Translations under genes and position numbers: made by a program | Assembly: GCA_963782055.1 (NCBI GenBank) | Contig: CAWAIF010000002.1 | Span: 160,001-224,000 of the forward strand | DNA length: 64,000 nucleotides | Source: an uncultured delta proteobacterium | GTDB lineage: Bacteria; Myxococcota_A; Polyangia; Polyangiales; Polyangiaceae | Reading direction: 5' to 3' | Shown: one piece after another, positions 57,365 through 64,000 of the stretch | How the letters are laid out: each line of letters opens with the position of its first letter | Numbering within the stretch: position 1 is the first letter of the stretch | Notes under the pieces: generated by a model | What the model was told of the DNA's origin: nothing | Seen by the model: the letters and a program-made list of their open reading frames with translations, nothing else | Databases searched by the model: none

Positions 57365-59665
57365 ATGGTCCCTGCCGAAGCGGGTGAAGGTGCCGCGTGG
57401 ACGCCGCCGTCGAGGATGGACGGCTTCGAGCTCGTCGAGCTGCTGGGCGAAGGCGGCATGGGCCGCGTCTACCTCGCGCGGGAGCGCTCGCTCGACAGGC
57501 TGGTGGCGATCAAGTTCATGACGGTCGCCCCGACCATGCCCGGCGCCCGCGCCCGCTTCCGGGCCGAGGCGCGCGCGCTCGCACGGCTGAATCACCCCAA
57601 CGTGGTCGGGGTCTATCGCTTCAACGAGGTGGAGGGCAGGCCGTACATCGCCTACGAGTACGTGCGCGGCAAGAGCCTGGACCGAATCGCCAAGCCGATC
57701 CGGTGGACGGCGAGCCTGGTCATCGCGGCGTCGGTCGCGCGGGGCCTCGCTGCCGTGCATCGCGCCGGCCTGCTGCACAGAGACATCAAGCCGGCCAACG
57801 TGATGGTGGCCGCGACGGGCGCGGTGAAGCTGGTCGACTTCGGCCTGGCGCGTCTCGCCGATGCGGAGGGGCGCTGGAGTCCCGACAGCGAGGAGTCTCC
57901 GGAGGCCGCGCTGGCGCTGTCCTTCGACGATCTGGTCGAGGCCGGGGCCCACGCCTCCGCCGTGGCCCGCGGGTCGGCCGTGTCGCGTGGCATGCGAACG
58001 GCCTCCAACCTCGCCGTCGGGACCCCGCGCTACTGGGCCCCGGAGCAGTGGCTGGGCGGGGAGGCCGACGCGAAGAGCGACGTCTACGCGCTGGGTCTGG
58101 TGATCTACGAGATGGTCACCGGGACGGCGCCGTTCGCCGATGTGGCCGGGGACGATCTGATGCACGCCGTGCTGGAGGTGGGTGTGCCTCGCGTCCAGCA
58201 CGACTCCGTCCCGGAGGCCTTCGGCGCGATCATCGACCGCTGCCTCCGGCGTGACCCGCGCGAGCGGTGGGACACCGCCACCGATCTCGCCCGCGCGCTC
58301 CTCCAGCTCCAGCGCGTCTTCGTGGCCGCGACGCCGGAGGCGCTCACCCGACCGTTGAACGACGAGGCCGCAATCGTCGCGGCGTCGTGGTCGCGCCTCC
58401 TGCCGTGGCGCGCGGCGCTGATCGCGCGCGTCTACCGCGAACTCTTCGCGGCGCACCCGGAAGTCCGCGCGCTCTTCCCCCTGGATCTCGCCGCGCAGCA
58501 GGCGAAGCTCACCCACGCCCTCGATCTCACGTTGCAGGGACTCCACGAGCCCGACGCCGTGGCGCCGATGCTCCGGGAGCTGGGCAGCCGTCACGTCGAC
58601 TACCACGTCGAGCCGCGCCACCTGGAGATGCTGGGCAAGGCATTGCTGGACGCCCTGCCCGTCTTCGACCGCAAGTGGGACGAGGCGACACGCCAGGCGT
58701 GGAAGCACGGCTACACCTTCATCGCCGCCACGATGTGCGCCGGGATGGCGAGTCACACCGAGCCAGTCGCCATTCCCCGCACGCCACCGCCCGCCGGCTC
58801 CCCGCATCCGGCGCCCCTCGCGGTGATGCCACCCGCGCAGTACGCCTCCGACGGCAACGTGGTCTATGCGGAGCTGGGAAAGGGACCGCCGGCGCTGGTC
58901 TTGTTGCCCGGTCGTGTCACGCACCTGGAGATGACCTGGTCGCACCCCGCGCCCGTCTGGCTCCTCGCCCAGCTCGCCGCGTTCTCCCGCGTCGTGCTCC
59001 TCGACCTGCGCGGCACCGGCATGGCCGATCGCATCCCGGACCCGACGGTGGAGGACGGCGTGCAGGACATTCTCTCCGTCATGGACGCCGCGCACATCGA
59101 CCGCGCGGTGCTCGTCGGCGCGGGCGACGCCGGGCCGATCGCCGTGTCGGCCGCCGCCGCGCACCCCGATCGAACCGCCGCGCTGGTGCTGGTCGGGTCG
59201 ACGCCGCGGCCCGCCTGGGCAGAAGACTTCCCCTTCGGGCGCACGAGGGCGGCGTTCGACGAGGCGTACAAGGAAGCCGCGGAGCACTGGGGGACGGCCT
59301 CCCACGTCGCGCGGGAGAACCCGGCGGCGGCGCGTGACAGGACCTTCTGCGAGTGGCTCGCCTCCTACCAGCGCATCGCCGCGGGCCGGCGCCGGGCGCT
59401 CGCGCTGCTGCGCGTCGCCGAGGAGCCCGACGTGCGCGCGCTGCTCCCGGCGGTGCAGGCGCCCACGCTGGTGCTTCACCGGGTCGGCGATCCGGTCTTC
59501 CCCGGGGCCGTCGGTCGCTTCATCGCCGAGCGCGTGCCGCACGGGCGGTACCTGGAGCTGCCCGGCAGCGACCACTGCATCTTCGCCGGTGACAGCGCCG
59601 AGCTCGCCCGCGCCATCGAGCGCTTCGTGGCCGGCCTCTCGGCCACGGCCCCCGCCGGATGCTGA
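57365..59665 (+). CDS. Ser/Thr kinase - globin - alpha/beta hydrolase-fold fusion protein
   Basis: Kinase: GEGGMG, VAIK, HRDIKPAN, DFG, GTPRYWAPE. Globin: VYRELF..HPEVRALF..QQAKL..LGSRHVDY..W. Hydrolase fold: DLRGTGMAD, PTLVLH, PGSDH. Confidence 0.88.
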   Translation: MVPAEAGEGAAWTPPSRMDGFELVELLGEGGMGRVYLARERSLDRLVAIKFMTVAPTMPGARARFRAEARALARLNHPNVVGVYRFNEVEGRPYIAYEYVRGKSLDRIAKPIRWTASLVIAASVARGLAAVHRAGLLHRDIKPANVMVAATGAVKLVDFGLARLADAEGRWSPDSEESPEAALALSFDDLVEAGAHASAVARGSAVSRGMRTASNLAVGTPRYWAPEQWLGGEADAKSDVYALGLVIYEMVTGTAPFADVAGDDLMHAVLEVGVPRVQHDSVPEAFGAIIDRCLRRDPRERWDTATDLARALLQLQRVFVAATPEALTRPLNDEAAIVAASWSRLLPWRAALIARVYRELFAAHPEVRALFPLDLAAQQAKLTHALDLTLQGLHEPDAVAPMLRELGSRHVDYHVEPRHLEMLGKALLDALPVFDRKWDEATRQAWKHGYTFIAATMCAGMASHTEPVAIPRTPPPAGSPHPAPLAVMPPAQYASDGNVVYAELGKGPPALVLLPGRVTHLEMTWSHPAPVWLLAQLAAFSRVVLLDLRGTGMADRIPDPTVEDGVQDILSVMDAAHIDRAVLVGAGDAGPIAVSAAAAHPDRTAALVLVGSTPRPAWAEDFPFGRTRAAFDEAYKEAAEHWGTASHVARENPAAARDRTFCEWLASYQRIAAGRRRALALLRVAEEPDVRALLPAVQAPTLVLHRVGDPVFPGAVGRFIAERVPHGRYLELPGSDHCIFAGDSAELARAIERFVAGLSATAPAGC

Positions 59666-59714
59666 GGCCGAGCTGGCGTCCCCTCGCCCCGGCCGATACT
59701 ATCCCTGAAGGGAT

Positions 59715-60122
59715 ATGTCTCGCCTCCGCTCGCCGCTCGCCGTCGTGCTCGTCGCATCGCTGCTTCTTCCCGTCGCCGCGCGCGCCGCGCCCCGCGTCCC
59801 GTACGTGGAGGGTACGCGAGTGCCGCCCGGCTACCACGTCACCTCACGCCCGCGCGTCGGGCTGGTGATCGTGGGGGGCATCCTGTGCCTCCTCTCTGCG
59901 CTGGGGGTAGGCGTCGGGGTGGACGGCGTCTCGCGCCGCGACGACACCGCCGAGGTAGCCGGGTTCGCCTTCGCCGGTCTCACCGCGGCGCCGGGGATTC
60001 CCCTGCTGATGGTGGGCCTGCTGAAGCCGAAGCACTACCTGGTCGCCGACCACGCGTGGCGCCTGCGCCTCGCCCCGGCGACCGCGGGTGTGCGGGGTGT
60101 GTCACTGACCTTGGAGTTCTAG
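59715..60122 (+). CDS. Hypothetical membrane/secreted protein
   Basis: Signal peptide, VPPGYH, two hydrophobic helices, C-terminal LTLEF. Confidence 0.6.
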   Translation: MSRLRSPLAVVLVASLLLPVAARAAPRVPYVEGTRVPPGYHVTSRPRVGLVIVGGILCLLSALGVGVGVDGVSRRDDTAEVAGFAFAGLTAAPGIPLLMVGLLKPKHYLVADHAWRLRLAPATAGVRGVSLTLEF

Positions 60123-60124
60123 CG

Positions 60125-60165
60125 CCTCACCCCCCCCGCCCCCTCTCCCTGCGGGGGAGAGGGAG
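60125..60165. repeat. REP-like hairpin CCTCACCCC...CCCTCTCCC-N5-GGGAGAGGG between convergent genes
   Basis: Perfect 9-bp inverted repeat at 60141-60149 / 60155-60163. Confidence 0.6.
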
Positions 60166-60180
60166 ACGGGAGCGCGATGG

Positions 60181-60543
60181 TCACCGGCGCGTGGTGTGGA
60201 GGCCGACGTGGTTTCCCTCCGTGTCGGCGACGATGGCGTACAGGCCCATCTCCCCGATGTCGGTCTTGGGAACGACGACCGAGCCGCCCGCGGTGGTCAC
60301 GCGGCCGAGGGCGGCGTCCAGCTCCGGCGCGTCGAGGTACACCACGCTCCCGGGCCCGGGAGCGCGACGCGGGTCGGCGACGAGCGCGCCGCTCACGTCG
60401 GCGTTGAGGCGCCGGGCGAAGATGGCGTGCGGGACGCCGGCGAAGTCCTCCCGCTTGAGGGACACGCCGAGGACCTTCTCGTAGAAGCGGGCGGCGCGGT
60501 CGATGTCGGCGACGGGGATCTCGAACCAGTTGATGACGCTCAT
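60181..60543 (-). CDS. VOC/glyoxalase-family protein
   Basis: AGGAG RBS, WFEIPVADIDRAARFY, GGSVVVPKTDI, DTEGNHVGL. Confidence 0.9.
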   Translation of the reverse strand: MSVINWFEIPVADIDRAARFYEKVLGVSLKREDFAGVPHAIFARRLNADVSGALVADPRRAPGPGSVVYLDAPELDAALGRVTTAGGSVVVPKTDIGEMGLYAIVADTEGNHVGLHTTRR

Positions 60544-60606
60544 GGTGGCTCCTTCTCCTGCGGACCGCGACGGCGGCCCGACGAGAGGCACCCTAGCCCC
60601 GGGCGT

Positions 60607-60622
60607 TGACAGCCTTCTGTCA
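60607..60622. promoter_or_regulatory. Palindromic operator TGACAG-CCTT-CTGTCA upstream of the VOC gene
   Basis: Perfect 6-bp arms; overlaps the stop codon of the adjacent HTH-WYL regulator. Confidence 0.65.
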
Positions 60623-61261
60623 GGTTTGTTTGGTCTCCACCACCGCGTGCTCGATGCGGTCGAAGCGCAGCGGCAGGGGCTCCCCGCTCTCGGCCTCGTG
60701 TCCGAGCAGCACGATCATCGTGCGCTCCATGGTGGCGCCGGCGAGGCGCACGCGCCGCCGCTCCAGCTCGCCGTGCGAGTTGCGGTAGCGCACGGCGAGG
60801 ACGCTGCCCTCGAACCACGCCGACTCCACCGCGCGACGCACCGCAGGAGGCGGCGCCAGCACCGGCACCCCCACGAACCGGAGCCTGTCCATGTGGCCGA
60901 GCAGCTCGCGCTGCGCGGACGTGCCGAGCGCCGCGCGCACCTTGTCGAGCGCGCGCTGCAGCGCCTCCGGGAACGGGAGCGATCGCATCTCCACCGCGTG
61001 CCGGACGAGGCTCGCCAGCACCGCCGCCTCGCGCGCGGTGAAGTTGACGGGCGGGAGCGCGTAGCTCTTGTCGAGCGCGTAGCCCCCGCCGCGTCCACGG
61101 TCCGCCTGCACGGGGAGCGCCGCGTCGCGCAGCGTGTCCAGGTCGCGGTAGATGGTGCGCACCGTGACCCCGAACCGCTCCGCGAGCATCTCGGCCGTGA
61201 CGCCGGTGCGCCGCCCGCGCAGGTACTCGGCGATGGCAAAGAGGCGCGCCTGTCGTCGCAC
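60620..61261 (-). CDS. YafY-type wHTH-WYL transcriptional regulator
   Basis: RLFAI, LAERFGVTVRTIYRDL, GRGGGY, LPPVNFT, degenerate WYL (ERRRV...RFDRI). Confidence 0.88.
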   Translation of the reverse strand: MRRQARLFAIAEYLRGRRTGVTAEMLAERFGVTVRTIYRDLDTLRDAALPVQADRGRGGGYALDKSYALPPVNFTAREAAVLASLVRHAVEMRSLPFPEALQRALDKVRAALGTSAQRELLGHMDRLRFVGVPVLAPPPAVRRAVESAWFEGSVLAVRYRNSHGELERRRVRLAGATMERTMIVLLGHEAESGEPLPLRFDRIEHAVVETKQT

Positions 61262-61423
61262 CCCGCCATCCTACCGCGCCCTTCGCTCGCGTGATGCTAC
61301 GCGCGCCTGAAACGCCGGAGCGCCGCGAGATCGAGGGCACGCCTGGCCGAGCATCCGCTTCGGCGCCGGGACCGAGGCGGCGATGTGACGCCTGTCGAGC
61401 GGGCGGCGCGTTGCCGGCCCCTG

Positions 61424-63052
61424 TCAGTAAACGGGCGGCTGCACCTTCAGCGAGAGCGGCGTGTTCGCCTGCGAGAAGACGTTGTCCAGCTCGCCGTCGA
61501 CGACGCGCATCGGGTCGTAGGCGTTCTCCCCCCAGGGCAGGTCGATGCGCATGTCGCCCAGCGCGGTCCTGTACGAGGGCTGCTTGCCGGACAGGAGCGC
61601 GAGCAGGAAGTCCGCCGTCGCCTCGCCGCCGCCCCACACGTACGAGGGCGATCCGTTGACCACGATCTCCAGGTTCCGGGAGCCGCCCGGCTTCATGCGC
61701 AGAAAGTCCTCGTGGTAGTAGTTGTACGAGAGGCAGCTGTTCACGAGCATGATCTGGTAGCGGTCGTTGAAGTTCTGCGGCCCGTACAGCGTCGGCTCCA
61801 GCGGCCCGTGGCCGAAGTGCGAGTGGCCGTTGTAGAGGAAGACGTCGCCGTACCAGAAGGCCTCCAGGTAGCGCCACTGGGCGTGCTGGCGCGCCTCGGG
61901 GGAGCCATCCTCGTAGCCGTAGAAGCTCCGCACCTCCACGGTGAGGTTCTTCGTCGTGCCGCCGTCGCTCACCACCACGGGCAGGTCCCAGTCGATCCAC
62001 CGCTCGGCGAGCTTGCTCATCACCTGCCGGCGCAGGTCGGCGATCTTCGCCTTGTCGTTGCCCACCTCCGGCGGGTAGCCCTTCTTGTCCAGCACCCAGC
62101 GGAACATGTCGTCGTAGGTGACGTTCTGCAGCTTCTGCCCGTCCACCCAGAAGTCGAGCAGCATGGTGAAGGGGTCCGTCTTCACCGGCCGGAAGTTGGG
62201 CTGGCCGTCCAGCATCCTGCGCAGGAAGCGCACCGCCTCCTGGCCGAGGATGTCGTCCGGGTCGTTCTCGTCGGTGTCGACGCCGGAGAAGGCGTACACG
62301 ACGAGGGTGGACCGGGAGTCGTCGTGCAGGGCGAAGAGGCGGTCGTACTCCGGCGAGAAGTCGTGGTTGGGGGTGTTCGCCGCGCCCAGCTTGGCGGTCA
62401 CCGGGGCGAACCAGCGGCCGGCCTCGCTCGGGCCGACGGCGCCGGGGTGCTTCGCAAGCTTCGCCTGCTCCGACTGCACGCGCGCCGCCTCGTCCTGCAC
62501 CAGCGTCTCGCAGGACGGGAGCGATGGCTGGAAGTGGTACCAGAGGGAGTCCACGTCGGTGGTGGTGTCGTCGGAGCAGTCCTGGATCAGCTCGCCCGGG
62601 TGGGCCGCGTAGTCATCCGCCAGCATCACGAAGTCGATCGCGCTGCGGTTGGCGAGCGTCCTGGTGACCACGGCCTTGTCGACGTAGTCGAAGGAGACCT
62701 TGAGCACCTGCCGCGTGACGGCCTGGGTGTCGGGGTCGAGGACGTCCACCAGGGCGCGCGTCCACTTGGAGGGGTCCAGGTTGGACTGCGCGCCGCGGTC
62801 GTCGAAGGCGACCTTGGTGTCGCGCAGCGCTCCGAGCGCCGACTTGATCTGCCGCGCGATGGCGAGCTGGATGTCGGAGTCGGAGGTGCCCGGGTCGACG
62901 TAGACGTACGAGGAGAAGGAAACCGGGCGCTCCACCGAGGTGGTGCCGGTGAGGTCCGACGACCCGGACGCGCCGTCGGACGGCGGGGCAGAGCAGGCGG
63001 CGGCGCCCGCGGCGAGGACAAGCACCCAGACCCAGCGTGACAGCGGCGACAT
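61424..63052 (-). CDS. Hypothetical lipoprotein with possible His/Cys peptidase-like C-terminal domain
   Basis: GGAGG RBS, lipobox AAAC, VFLYNGHS and MLVNSC motifs. Confidence 0.7.
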   Translation of the reverse strand: MSPLSRWVWVLVLAAGAAACSAPPSDGASGSSDLTGTTSVERPVSFSSYVYVDPGTSDSDIQLAIARQIKSALGALRDTKVAFDDRGAQSNLDPSKWTRALVDVLDPDTQAVTRQVLKVSFDYVDKAVVTRTLANRSAIDFVMLADDYAAHPGELIQDCSDDTTTDVDSLWYHFQPSLPSCETLVQDEAARVQSEQAKLAKHPGAVGPSEAGRWFAPVTAKLGAANTPNHDFSPEYDRLFALHDDSRSTLVVYAFSGVDTDENDPDDILGQEAVRFLRRMLDGQPNFRPVKTDPFTMLLDFWVDGQKLQNVTYDDMFRWVLDKKGYPPEVGNDKAKIADLRRQVMSKLAERWIDWDLPVVVSDGGTTKNLTVEVRSFYGYEDGSPEARQHAQWRYLEAFWYGDVFLYNGHSHFGHGPLEPTLYGPQNFNDRYQIMLVNSCLSYNYYHEDFLRMKPGGSRNLEIVVNGSPSYVWGGGEATADFLLALLSGKQPSYRTALGDMRIDLPWGENAYDPMRVVDGELDNVFSQANTPLSLKVQPPVY

Positions 63053-63185
63053 CGAAACGACCTCCCGAACGGCCCCGGGCGGACCGGGGGAGCCGCGTAG
63101 TAACTCAGATGTGAGTGACGCGCAAGAAGCCCGAAATCAGCGGGTTTCCTCGTCGCGGTCGCGCCCGGGGCGGTAGCATCGACGC

Positions 63186-64000
63186 GTGGCCGACACACGC
63201 CGTCTCGGGGGTATCCCGAGCACCATCCTCCGGATCGCGGCCGCCGACACGGCGGTCGCGCCCGCGTCCGGCGGCCACGCCGACACGGCGGTCGCGGTCG
63301 CCCCCCGCGTCTCGGAGGCCGAGCCCCCGCCCGCGGTGGGGGGCCCGCGGTACGAGTCGGTAGGCAGGCTGGGCGAGGGCGGAATGGGGCAGGTGGAGCA
63401 CGCCCGCGACCGCGACCTGCTGCGCGACGTGGCGGTGAAGCTCCTGCGTCCCGAGCTGCGCGGCGACGCGCGCATGCTGGAGCAGTTCCTCTGGGAGGCG
63501 CGGGTCACCGCGTACCTCGACCACCCCAACATCGTCCCGGTGCACGATCTCGGCACGACGCCCGAAGGGGACCTCTTTTTCACCATGAAGCTGGTGCGGG
63601 GCAAGACCCTGGAGGGCGCGCTGGAGGGCGTCCGCGGCGCCGGCGAGAAGGCGGAGGGCGGGCTGACGCTCCCGCGCCGGCTGCGCCTCTTTCTGCAGCT
63701 CTGTCACGCCATCTCCTTCGCCCACGCCCGCGGCGTGCTCCACCGCGATCTGAAGCCGGCCAACATCATGCTCGGCGAGTACGGCGAGCTGATCGTCACC
63801 GACTGGGGCCTCGCGCTGCCGCTGCCCGGGCCGGCCGGAGAGGCGCTCACCGACCTGGCGCCGTCCTGGCTCCTCGCCGAGAGCGCCGGGACCCCCGCGT
63901 ACATGTCGCCGGAGCAGGTGCGAGGCGAGCACCTGGACGCGCGCTCCGACGTGTACACGCTGGGCGTCATCCTCCACGACCTCGTGGCGCTGCGACCTGC
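63186..64000 (+). CDS. Ser/Thr protein kinase (3' truncated by window edge; not in the ORF track)
   Basis: GEGGMG at 63372, VAVK, HPNIVPVHD, HRDLKPAN, DWG, GTPAYMSPEQ. Upstream in-frame stop at 63176. Confidence 0.9.
   Translation, partial: MADTRRLGGIPSTILRIAAADTAVAPASGGHADTAVAVAPRVSEAEPPPAVGGPRYESVGRLGEGGMGQVEHARDRDLLRDVAVKLLRPELRGDARMLEQFLWEARVTAYLDHPNIVPVHDLGTTPEGDLFFTMKLVRGKTLEGALEGVRGAGEKAEGGLTLPRRLRLFLQLCHAISFAHARGVLHRDLKPANIMLGEYGELIVTDWGLALPLPGPAGEALTDLAPSWLLAESAGTPAYMSPEQVRGEHLDARSDVYTLGVILHDLVALRP

Noticed and set aside
46723..60180. Gas vesicle block as a mobile element
   Set aside because: Codon usage looks slightly more relaxed by eye, but no integrase, transposase, tRNA or flanking direct repeats were found, and I could not compute composition.

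Overview
Very GC-rich bacterial chromosome segment. Gene content suggests Myxococcota, probably Polyangia/Sorangiineae: three Hanks-type Ser/Thr kinases, PEGA, TPR and HEAT proteins, many lipoproteins, and a GAFTDA-type sigma54 activator. This taxonomic call is an inference. Bases 1-46.7 kb are mostly housekeeping and envelope genes (PMM/PGM, prmC, tdk, PBP, dinB, purB, rnj, Liv-type ABC components, a peptidase/TolB/Omp85-like protein) plus several uncharacterised lipoproteins and small ORFs. The standout is a ~13 kb block at 46.8-59.7 kb. It holds a single-domain response regulator, an NtrC-family sigma54 activator, a hybrid kinase with Hpt, and a gas vesicle (gvp) operon with a PAS histidine kinase and response regulator inserted between gvpA and gvpF. 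It ends in an unusual Ser/Thr kinase-globin-alpha/beta hydrolase fusion. I read three well-formed sigma54 (-24/-12) promoters in this block. Two share a GTAGC-N5-GTCAC upstream site at almost identical spacing, which suggests one sigma54 regulon linking gas vesicles to a heme-based gas-sensing kinase. No rRNA, tRNA, CRISPR array or transposase was recognised. All calls come from motif reading only; no database searches were run.
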